Of a stretch of DNA of 33,922 nucleotides, positions 1 through 8,320 are shown piece by piece. Both the position numbers and the translations under genes were made by a program. The first letter of the stretch is position 1. Every line of letters begins with the position of its first letter. Under the pieces are notes generated by a model that saw only the letters and a list, made by a program, of their open reading frames with translations, did no database searches and was not told the DNA's origin. This DNA comes from a virus (taxonomy: Duplodnaviria > Caudoviricetes). Location of the stretch: positions 1-33,922 of IMG/VR virus record IMGVR_UViG_3300016675_000431. The stretch is one strand, 5' to 3'.

Positions 1-711
1 AAGAATATCAATGATTTTTTCCAAACTTTTTAAATCAGATTCGGAATAGCCTTTACCATCCAAAATTGCCATATCTTCAGCAAATTTGTTCAGTTTCTTT
101 TTGGAGTCTTTTATAATTTGTTGTTTTAAAGAATCCTTTAAAACCTCTAACCTTTCTGTTTGTTCTCGTGTCAGTTGATTAGTTTTTTCACCCTCAAAAA
201 GTGCTATATATTCTTTTAATCCATCTTCTCCGAAAGTTTTTTTCATCAAAGAAGTTAGTTTTTTAGACTGTTTTTCAGACAATGGATTATCTTTATCCAT
301 TGTACGTATAAAGTTTTCTAATTGTTTTTCTTCTGCCTCTTTTTGTTGTTTAGGGTCAACTTTTTTTGGTTGCTCAGGGGTGGTAACAGGTTGCTCAGTA
401 TTTGTTGGTTGCTCTTGATTTGTTTGTTCTTGTTGTTCATTATTATCTGTATTAGAGTCATCAACAGCAGTATTATCAGCTACTATTTGAGCAGTAGCTT
501 GACCTGTGTTGCTCACAACTAAAATACCAGCCTGAGGAACCCTTTGCCCAGCTTTATATTCTTTTCCACCTTGTGTTACTATTTTGTATCCACTAGGTAT
601 TGTCGTTCCACCTGGAAACTTTTTACCAACTTCTTCAGTTGTATTTCCCTTCTTTCTTACGGCTGGAACCAGAAGTGAGTTAATGTCAATTTGTTGATTA
701 TTAGTTGCCAT
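1..711 (-). CDS. Partial (3' end off window) hypothetical protein, probably head-associated; missing from the ORF track
   Basis: Hand translation from ATG at 711, overlapping the end of 701..1039: MATNNQQIDINSLLVPAVRKKG...FPGGTTIPSGYKIVTQGGKEYKAGQRVP..., then an E/Q/P/T-rich linker and a charged helical region. Open for 237 codons to the window edge. Confidence 0.85.
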   Translation of the reverse strand, partial: MATNNQQIDINSLLVPAVRKKGNTTEEVGKKFPGGTTIPSGYKIVTQGGKEYKAGQRVPQAGILVVSNTGQATAQIVADNTAVDDSNTDNNEQQEQTNQEQPTNTEQPVTTPEQPKKVDPKQQKEAEEKQLENFIRTMDKDNPLSEKQSKKLTSLMKKTFGEDGLKEYIALFEGEKTNQLTREQTERLEVLKDSLKQQIIKDSKKKLNKFAEDMAILDGKGYSESDLKSLEKIIDIL

Positions 712-1039
712 TATTGTTACCTACAGTGTTACCTACAGTAGTATTTACATTACTATTATTAACACAATATTGTTTATAGTAGTCTTCTATGACCAAAATT
801 GGTAAATGTAAAAACTTATTCATCTCAACTATATATTTACCAAAGAAGCATCTTTCTTTTTCGGATAAGGTTGGATACATTATTATCATTTGAGAAATTC
901 TGAAATATGCTTCAAACTTTTTATCTTCAGGGTCATCACTTTGTAACGGTATCCTACGAAGTAAATAACTAAAGTCTTGACTAGAATCATATAAATCTAT
1001 CAATTCAGAAATTAGTTGTATTCTTTCGGCATCTTTCAT
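701..1039 (-). CDS. Hypothetical protein (112 aa)
   Basis: Start overlaps the stop of the SNF2 gene (TAATG coupling) and the end overlaps the next start; no recognisable motif. Confidence 0.75.
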   Translation of the reverse strand: MKDAERIQLISELIDLYDSSQDFSYLLRRIPLQSDDPEDKKFEAYFRISQMIIMYPTLSEKERCFFGKYIVEMNKFLHLPILVIEDYYKQYCVNNSNVNTTVGNTVGNNNGN

Positions 1040-4000
1040 TATTTATTCCTTTTTACAACTCTAGGTCTAAAATGTCTTAGATGTTCAATAAAAGACCTTT
1101 CCAATAAAGGGTCTAAGGCTCTTACTGCCTTATCCTCGTCAATATCATCATCTAAGTTTGTTACTGCTTGTTCAGTACCCTGTGCTAATTTAATTTTACC
1201 ATCTTCTACCATACTCATGTACTGCCCGATACCAGGAGGTATTAAACGAGTTATGACACTATACATAAAGGGATTTCTATGAAAACGGGCTGATTGTTGG
1301 TCTGCTTTGCCCCCAGACCAACCTGTATATCTCCATGCTGCTTGAGAAGAAAGATTTAAACCATAGGAACCAGCACCAGTTACCAGTGTAATTACAGGAG
1401 GTAAATATTTACCTTCTCCAACTTTTCTGTTATGTTCTTCAACTACCTGTTGTGTTTCTTCTGGTTTCATATTTCCTGCAATCAAACCAATACGTAATTT
1501 TGAAAAGTCATAATTTTTTCTTAATCTTCGGTAAATATTTTCTACAGCCATACGAGATTGACCTATAACCCCAAGTTTTAAAGCCTCAGTTGTTACACTT
1601 CTAGTAGCTAAAGCTGCATCTATATTTTTCATTAAATTATCCATAAGTGGATTATGCCACTCATCATTAACAATTGAATATAGAAGCTTCCTAAAGCCCT
1701 CTTCGACTATTTCCTCGTATAGTTTATCTCTATCTGTAGTTTTATAATCTCCTGCTTTTGGCATTCTACCTAAACCTGTATTTGTATCTGTAGTTAATCT
1801 AACATAGCGCCGAATCTGTTCATCAAATCGAGGTACATCTTGAGATGATAGTCGTTCACGAGCTTGTCTAAGCAACTCAGTTGAAGCTAAATCATATTCT
1901 AATAATCTTTGTGGCTTACCAACACCAAATGAGGATTGTTGAAGACTCATCATTAACCCAACTTTCCAATTTTTACTAATAGGATTATCTTCTTCATCTT
2001 CTATCATGGGTGCATATAAAGCTTCTAACTTATCCATAGCAGCAGCATAAACTTTGTAAAACTCTTCACCCATATCCACGTATAAATCAGGTTTGATTCT
2101 TCTGTCTTCTCCAACAGCCATCACCTTAGTTATAGTTAAAAAAGAATGACGAAACTTACCCATAAACTGTTTTAAAGCTTGACTACTTTTCCAAACTCTT
2201 CTGTTGGATTGTGGGGCCACTCTGTCAGTATAAATGTCAACAATACCTTTTATGTTATTACGAATAAATGAATTTACCCAGCCAGCCTCAACAATTGTAT
2301 CAACTGCTGAGTTACTTGAAATGTTACCATTTAGTGTCCAAACTACACCTTTATTTTTATCACCTGTAACCCAGTTTATAATTTGACGCAAAGCATAATG
2401 TCTATTAGATTCAGGATTACTAAATAAACTAGTTTCGTCTACCACAGTTAAACTAAATAAACCTTTATCAACAACTTTTCCACCCACTTTAAATGGTTGA
2501 CTCAATTGTTTTAAATATTTCAAGTCTTCTGTAGGATTATATTCTTCTTCATCTGTAATTTCATTTGTTTCAGAGTTAAACCTTACCTTACCAACACCCA
2601 AAACCACAAATTTAGGTGAAACACCCCTAGCTGCCATTACTGCTAGTTGTTCCCATTGACGTTTTCTTTGTTCTGGTGTACCTTCGATAATTATAGTTTC
2701 TTCTTTTCTAAAGTTTTTAATTTCAGATTTCCAGTTATAACTTAGATTATTTGGTGCAATGATTAAAGTTGTTCTATCAAATAGTCCTCTATTTCGCATG
2801 ATTGCTTCTGCTGCCAAAACAACAGCAGTATTGTGGGTTACAATATAGTCTTTTGTAACATATGAGCAATCTGGGGCATCAACTGAAATACATTGCATTT
2901 CTTTTTTATCAACTAGAGTGACAGATTTTACATATTTTCTTAAATATGCTGGATTAGCATATTTAAAGTTTTCTAATTTTCTGTGTAATTTAAATGGTTT
3001 TATACTACTGCCTTCTGGAAAAACAATTTGAACTCTATAGTTTATACGAGTTTCTATAACTATATTATTTTTTCTATATTTACCCATACGAGACCGTATG
3101 GAAGCACGTCCTCCAAGACTTCTGACAATTTCTTGAACATTTTTAGCAAGTCTTTCTGAAGTAGTTGAAAATTCAATACCATTTCCTTTTGAAGAGTAAC
3201 CATCAGTATCAAATAAACCTTGTAATATAGCCTCTCTTACTGAAATAGAATTAAATATATAGTCTTCAGGTATAAATTTTTCATAACTTAGTAATCCACA
3301 AAGATTATAAGTTTTGTATGCATTTGCAATTTTACCATTTCTACTAAATTTAAATCTGTATGCATTATTTTTCTCAGAAAAATTAAAAGACATTACATCT
3401 TCATGATTTTTTAAATATGTGACTAATTGAGTTTCTTCTTTACCCACAGTAATTCTAATATCTCCCAATTTATTACAGTCCCCGTCACCCAAAATAAGTC
3501 CAAGTAAATAAGCATCAAGTTTTGTTTCTTGCTCTTTAAACAAAACTGGTTTTACAATTGGTAAACTATAATTTACAATTTTTCTTCCATTCTTTCTTGT
3601 GAAATAAGTATTTTCTAATAAATCTTTTGTAGTTACAACCTTGAATTCATCAGTGTTATTGTTTAAATTATTTTTACGTAAAACATAGTCTTGAACAATC
3701 CATTGATGTTCCAATCCTGCTTCTATATTTGTACCATCTGAAAATTCAATTAAATAAGAATCTTTTATACCTTGTGGGTATATTCCCGTAACTTTAGTTG
3801 GATGTCCAAATCTATCTATAACTTCCTGTCCAAGTTTTAAGTCACCATTTCGAGTCCAACCTGTAGGGGTTAGAATTTTTTCATTAACATCTAATTCTTT
3901 ACCCAAACCTACACCAACATTTAAGAACACTCCATCAGCCTCATCTGGGCCACCAAATACTCTGTATTTTGATTTATCTATTAAGGTTTGAACACCATAC

Positions 4001-5412
4001 TCTTGATAAGGTCTTAAACCTTCTGAACTCATAAAAACTTCTGGCCCAGGAGCTATTTCTTGAATAGATTTCAGATTTTCTCGTTCTTTGGGTTTTATCA
4101 ATCCATCTTCATCTCTGAAAAAGAAATTACGTCTACGTTCAACATCTTTTTCCAATAATGCTTGAATCTTTCTTTGTTGTTCGGGTGAAGTATCGGTTCG
4201 TCTTACGTCAACAGCTTCATTGCTAAACTCTATATCAGTAAAATCATCAGAAACTTTTTTCTTTGCCCCTACTTTAGTTGATGTAACTTTGTCTTGTAAC
4301 AACTCTTCTACAGCATAAGGTACACCTGTTGCTAAATCTAAAATAGAATCATTTCCTATATTTTGTGGGGCAGTAAATGCATTAGGTATAAATATTGGAT
4401 TGATTTTACCAGTTGTTTTATATTGATTAGTTCGTTGTAAAACGATTTGTTCTGGTGTTAAGTCTTTGTAAGGTCTAGCATCAAAAAGAATCCAATCCCC
4501 TGCCTGTGCAGCAAATTCAGAAAAATTCTTTCCTGGTACTAGCATTTTCTTTGTTGGTGAATAAGCAATAGTAGTAGTTGGTAAAACACTACTTCCTTTA
4601 GGTTTTTCAGTATTCAATTTATTACTAGGTTCTAATAAACCCTCAATAACCTTTTCTAAGGGAGTTGCTTTATCAAAAACAGCTTTAAATTTTACAAATA
4701 AAGGACTGTTTGGATTTACTTGATAGGAATCCTGTGTATAAATCTGAGGATGCATTGCAGGACTGTATTCCTTTTCTCCTTTGTGAGCCATAGCTAAATC
4801 TCTAGCCATTTGGGGAGATTTCCCTGATTTGTACATATCTTGATATTGGGTATCCTGAACCAAACGCCATTTTGCATCGGGTTTTGTAACATTTGCATTT
4901 AAGTATTTTCCAGGGCCAACTACTTTACCATCAGAAGACATAGCAACGTAACCAGGTGGAACCTTATGTACAATTAAGTCCCCGTCTTTGTTTGTAGATG
5001 TGTAATCATTAATGTTACCTGATATAGATTTTGTTATGTATTCAATATCATCATAGTCATCAAATAAGTCTTCATCAAATAATAAACTTTTAGTTATGGT
5101 TTTTCGATTAACAAAATTTGTTGTATATCCATACCATGCCAATCTGTCAGGTAAAAACATAAAAAACTGTAAAGTATTAGGCATTTGAAATTCGCCGTGT
5201 ACAGCATATGTTCCTTGGTTCAACTTTGGGCCAGAAACAACATTGTAATAAGGTGAATTTAAAATAAGTTCTAAATGTTGTTTAATTATTTGGTTGTTAC
5301 TTTTAACTTCATAAGATATGGTAGAACCTTGTTTAAAACAAGCAATAACTGCCAAAGTTTTATTCTCAAACTCTGGCTCTAATCTTTTTATATTTAAAAT
5401 TACAGTACCCAT
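1039..5412 (-). CDS. SNF2-like (SF2) helicase/ATPase with long N-terminal extension and an intein
   Basis: Q motif LRPYQ; Walker A GVGLGK|T restored by intein removal; Ia TLIIAPNNLSYNWKSEI; Walker B VVDETS; motif V GAGSYGLNL; motif VI QQSARFHR. SD-like AAGGG upstream. Confidence 0.85.
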   Translation of the reverse strand: MGTVILNIKRLEPEFENKTLAVIACFKQGSTISYEVKSNNQIIKQHLELILNSPYYNVVSGPKLNQGTYAVHGEFQMPNTLQFFMFLPDRLAWYGYTTNFVNRKTITKSLLFDEDLFDDYDDIEYITKSISGNINDYTSTNKDGDLIVHKVPPGYVAMSSDGKVVGPGKYLNANVTKPDAKWRLVQDTQYQDMYKSGKSPQMARDLAMAHKGEKEYSPAMHPQIYTQDSYQVNPNSPLFVKFKAVFDKATPLEKVIEGLLEPSNKLNTEKPKGSSVLPTTTIAYSPTKKMLVPGKNFSEFAAQAGDWILFDARPYKDLTPEQIVLQRTNQYKTTGKINPIFIPNAFTAPQNIGNDSILDLATGVPYAVEELLQDKVTSTKVGAKKKVSDDFTDIEFSNEAVDVRRTDTSPEQQRKIQALLEKDVERRRNFFFRDEDGLIKPKERENLKSIQEIAPGPEVFMSSEGLRPYQEYGVQTLIDKSKYRVFGGPDEADGVFLNVGVGLGKELDVNEKILTPTGWTRNGDLKLGQEVIDRFGHPTKVTGIYPQGIKDSYLIEFSDGTNIEAGLEHQWIVQDYVLRKNNLNNNTDEFKVVTTKDLLENTYFTRKNGRKIVNYSLPIVKPVLFKEQETKLDAYLLGLILGDGDCNKLGDIRITVGKEETQLVTYLKNHEDVMSFNFSEKNNAYRFKFSRNGKIANAYKTYNLCGLLSYEKFIPEDYIFNSISVREAILQGLFDTDGYSSKGNGIEFSTTSERLAKNVQEIVRSLGGRASIRSRMGKYRKNNIVIETRINYRVQIVFPEGSSIKPFKLHRKLENFKYANPAYLRKYVKSVTLVDKKEMQCISVDAPDCSYVTKDYIVTHNTAVVLAAEAIMRNRGLFDRTTLIIAPNNLSYNWKSEIKNFRKEETIIIEGTPEQRKRQWEQLAVMAARGVSPKFVVLGVGKVRFNSETNEITDEEEYNPTEDLKYLKQLSQPFKVGGKVVDKGLFSLTVVDETSLFSNPESNRHYALRQIINWVTGDKNKGVVWTLNGNISSNSAVDTIVEAGWVNSFIRNNIKGIVDIYTDRVAPQSNRRVWKSSQALKQFMGKFRHSFLTITKVMAVGEDRRIKPDLYVDMGEEFYKVYAAAMDKLEALYAPMIEDEEDNPISKNWKVGLMMSLQQSSFGVGKPQRLLEYDLASTELLRQARERLSSQDVPRFDEQIRRYVRLTTDTNTGLGRMPKAGDYKTTDRDKLYEEIVEEGFRKLLYSIVNDEWHNPLMDNLMKNIDAALATRSVTTEALKLGVIGQSRMAVENIYRRLRKNYDFSKLRIGLIAGNMKPEETQQVVEEHNRKVGEGKYLPPVITLVTGAGSYGLNLSSQAAWRYTGWSGGKADQQSARFHRNPFMYSVITRLIPPGIGQYMSMVEDGKIKLAQGTEQAVTNLDDDIDEDKAVRALDPLLERSFIEHLRHFRPRVVKRNK
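2830..3897 (-). mobile_element. Intein (356 aa), class 3-type, with LAGLIDADG homing endonuclease, inserted in Walker A
   Basis: Begins ELDVNEKILTPTGW; block B AGLEHQW; LAGLIDADG motifs LLGLILGDG and LQGLFDTDG; block F MQCISVD; ends IVTHN with +1 Thr. Confidence 0.92.
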
Positions 5413-5420
5413 TTTTTCCC

Positions 5421-6380
5421 TTAGTATTGTGTATCTACATACTTTATAAAGTTATCAAAAAATTCTAATAACTTATGATTTTTGTGTTGTAAAGTAAGTC
5501 TCTGAAAATACATCTGTAAAAGCAACTCTGAAAAGTTTTCCTTTGGAGATAATGTAGACATTAAGCTAATGCTTGGATTTTTTGTATCTCTATACCATAA
5601 AGTCGTTTTATTTATCCCTATTTCTTCTCCTGCCTTAGCATAATCAGAAAACTCTAATTTTGGTATGGTATTGTATTTACTCCAACCTGCTACCTCTAAG
5701 AAATTAATCAAATATTTTTGGTCATAAATTTTCATGTTGTCGAAAATCATGTATCCTAAAACTTTTATCAAAGAAACTGTAGAGGCACTTAAACCTGTGG
5801 AGTGATTAGGAATTGCTGGAACTATAGGAATAGATAAATAATTAAAAAACGGCTGAAATACAGTCAAAATATGTGATTTAATAGTATATTTCTTGTAACC
5901 ACAAATCAAGTTTTTATCTTGTGTATTTACAGGACTTACAGCACTAACTTGTGTAATGTCTTCTGGATTATTAGAGACACCTTCTGTCATCTGTTGAGGG
6001 TCGGCCCAATCTAAATACTCAATTTTGGCATAACGTACTAATTTTTTTGATAGAGGGCCAAACGAAGAGAGTAAACCAATCAAAGCAAATTGAGGACAAG
6101 TTCTATTGTAGTCTTTGATTCCATAGGCATTTAGAAATTTTAAATAATCTATTTTTTCAACTTTATCTTCTGATATGGTTGAACCATCATCTTCATATAT
6201 ATCTAAATCTGGTACTTTTAATAATCCAGCAGATTGAACTTCTTGTAACTTTAATGAAGTTAAAAGTTCTGGTTTGGGTGCATACATTCCTGCTTGATAA
6301 AACTTACCAGGAGAGTTTGGTATGGGGTCGCCAGGTTTTATTAGTGACCCTGGGTCGCCAATTCTAATTTTTTCTGCCAT
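5421..6380 (-). CDS. Hypothetical protein (319 aa) with N-terminal G/P-rich motif shared with neighbours
   Basis: Long ORF with AGGA SD, tightly packed; N-terminal DPGSLIKPGDPIPNSPGKFYQAGMYAP. Confidence 0.85.
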   Translation of the reverse strand: MAEKIRIGDPGSLIKPGDPIPNSPGKFYQAGMYAPKPELLTSLKLQEVQSAGLLKVPDLDIYEDDGSTISEDKVEKIDYLKFLNAYGIKDYNRTCPQFALIGLLSSFGPLSKKLVRYAKIEYLDWADPQQMTEGVSNNPEDITQVSAVSPVNTQDKNLICGYKKYTIKSHILTVFQPFFNYLSIPIVPAIPNHSTGLSASTVSLIKVLGYMIFDNMKIYDQKYLINFLEVAGWSKYNTIPKLEFSDYAKAGEEIGINKTTLWYRDTKNPSISLMSTLSPKENFSELLLQMYFQRLTLQHKNHKLLEFFDNFIKYVDTQY

Positions 6381-6382
6381 AT

Positions 6383-6697
6383 TTAATCCTTTTGAATAGA
6401 AATTGCTAAAGCGGAAATAGTTTTGTCGTCACCAAAATCGGAAACACTTCTAAGTATTCTATCTCCGAAGGAAGTTACAAAACTTTCTTCAGTTAAATCC
6501 GTTGGTAACTCTATAGTTATAGTTTTACCAAAAAATAGAGGATTACTTTGTTTCTGACTTAAAAATAGTTGTCTTACATTATTACAAAGCACAGGTTTAA
6601 AATTTAAATTTCTTTCTAGTTTGTAATTGTCAGTGTAAACAGCCAACAATTTATTAGAAAGGTCTTGTTTAGTTGTATAAAGGATTTCAATATTCAT
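6383..6697 (-). CDS. Hypothetical protein (104 aa)
   Basis: Fills the gap in a co-oriented run; TATAAT lies 8 nt upstream of the ATG. Confidence 0.75.
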   Translation of the reverse strand: MNIEILYTTKQDLSNKLLAVYTDNYKLERNLNFKPVLCNNVRQLFLSQKQSNPLFFGKTITIELPTDLTEESFVTSFGDRILRSVSDFGDDKTISALAISIQKD

Positions 6698-6718
6698 TAG
6701 ATTATATTATAGGCATTA

Positions 6719-8320
6719 TTATAGTAAATTTTCAGATATTAAATAACAAAGCACCGAGAATAGTATTAGCCTGTTCATAATAATAATCAGAAGAGATGCC
6801 TCATCAGCAATACCACTTGTTTTCAAATGATTACAAAACTCATTGTCATACATATCTAGTTGCCCATCAATTATATTTTTTCCTAATTCTTTAAAGATAC
6901 CTATTTCATTCAAGAATAAAACTTTTGGCATATTATCAATGGTAATTGCTTCTAATTGCTCACTTATGTTAAAGTCACCAATTCTTAAAGGTTTAGAAAA
7001 AGCAAACTTGTTTAAAAATTCAGGTCTCATAGTATTCCCAGAAAAGTTTTTAATAATCTCACTTAAATCTTCTCTGGATATTTTTAAACTGGTATTTTTA
7101 TCTACTACGATATTCACCAAACTGTTTGGAGTTTGACTATAGGCATATTTTTGTATTAAATTATTAGTATTATATATAGAAATAACTTCCCTAGTATCCT
7201 CATTTATAAAGATAGATTGGGTGATTTCTTCTACACTTTCGGCTCCAAAGATAAATCGCTGCAATATGAAAGTGGATAATTCTTTTAGTAGTGTTTCAGA
7301 GCCTTCATTACTAATATTGGGAAACCAATTCATTATATAACTTAAAGGTTTTTTTACATAGTTTAACCCATTAAAGACAGATTCATTTTTAACTGTAAGT
7401 AGTTTACTCACTAACTGTCCATCTTCATCTACAATAAACTTGGAAGGGATTTTATTGAAAAATAAGAATCCATAATTATTATTTATTAATTCAAAAAATT
7501 TATCATGAGCATAATCTAAAGTCAACCAATAATAATTTCTCTTTTTTACACCATTAAATGACATATTTATTTTTATATTGAACTTGTTACGTAATACGGT
7601 AATGATATTATTCTCATCAGCTTTTATATCCAAAACTCTAAACCCTTCATTAATAACTTCATTTAAAGGCATGAGTAAATTTTTATGATTTACAGGAGTG
7701 TTAAATTGTATTTTTTCATTTATAGCAGGTATCTCAAAACCCAATGCACCTATTTTTTGTTTATCATTTAAGTTTGCATTGTTTTGTGTTATGTTGAAAA
7801 GTTCTTTTACTGCTTCTAAATAATCCTGTGTCCTAATAAAATTGTCTTTTTCAAACTTTTGAAACTCAGCAATAACTTCTAGGTGAGGGCTTATCAACAA
7901 GTATTTACCATCAATAAGTTTTATCTTGTAACCTGCTAAAAACATATTCTCACAAGAGATTATAATTTCTTGTGCAGACCTTACGTCAACTTTTTTTGCT
8001 AAGTTTGCACGAACATAAGAGTAAACACCAAAAAATTCTTCATTACCAAAAATAAAATCAGTAATCTTTTCCGAAAACTTCATTAGTTTTAAGAAATCCA
8101 AATCTACACTACTTGCATACATTTTTATATAAGCATTTACAGAATTTTCATAAGCTAATCGGTATAAAAACTTGATTAACTCTTGATTACTTACATCTAT
8201 ACTGCTAAATATTTTAGGAAATACTCTATCTTTACCTGCATTCAGAATAAAGGTTCCATTATCATCTTTCATTTCTTGAAAGATTGATTGCATGTATTTA
8301 TCAACAATATTTGTTTCCAT
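6719..8320 (-). CDS. Hypothetical protein (533 aa)
   Basis: Long ORF coupled (TAATG) to the upstream gene; no motif recognised. Confidence 0.85.
   Translation of the reverse strand: METNIVDKYMQSIFQEMKDDNGTFILNAGKDRVFPKIFSSIDVSNQELIKFLYRLAYENSVNAYIKMYASSVDLDFLKLMKFSEKITDFIFGNEEFFGVYSYVRANLAKKVDVRSAQEIIISCENMFLAGYKIKLIDGKYLLISPHLEVIAEFQKFEKDNFIRTQDYLEAVKELFNITQNNANLNDKQKIGALGFEIPAINEKIQFNTPVNHKNLLMPLNEVINEGFRVLDIKADENNIITVLRNKFNIKINMSFNGVKKRNYYWLTLDYAHDKFFELINNNYGFLFFNKIPSKFIVDEDGQLVSKLLTVKNESVFNGLNYVKKPLSYIMNWFPNISNEGSETLLKELSTFILQRFIFGAESVEEITQSIFINEDTREVISIYNTNNLIQKYAYSQTPNSLVNIVVDKNTSLKISREDLSEIIKNFSGNTMRPEFLNKFAFSKPLRIGDFNISEQLEAITIDNMPKVLFLNEIGIFKELGKNIIDGQLDMYDNEFCNHLKTSGIADEASLLIIIMNRLILFSVLCYLISENLL

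Noticed and set aside
322-522. 66-aa hydrophobic plus-strand ORF
   Set aside because: Antisense shadow of the E/Q/K-rich linker of the real minus-strand gene at 1..711.
716-739. 12-bp tandem duplication GTTACCTACAGT x2
   Set aside because: In-frame slippage in a low-complexity C-terminus (TVGN twice); only two copies with no spacers, so not CRISPR or an iteron array.
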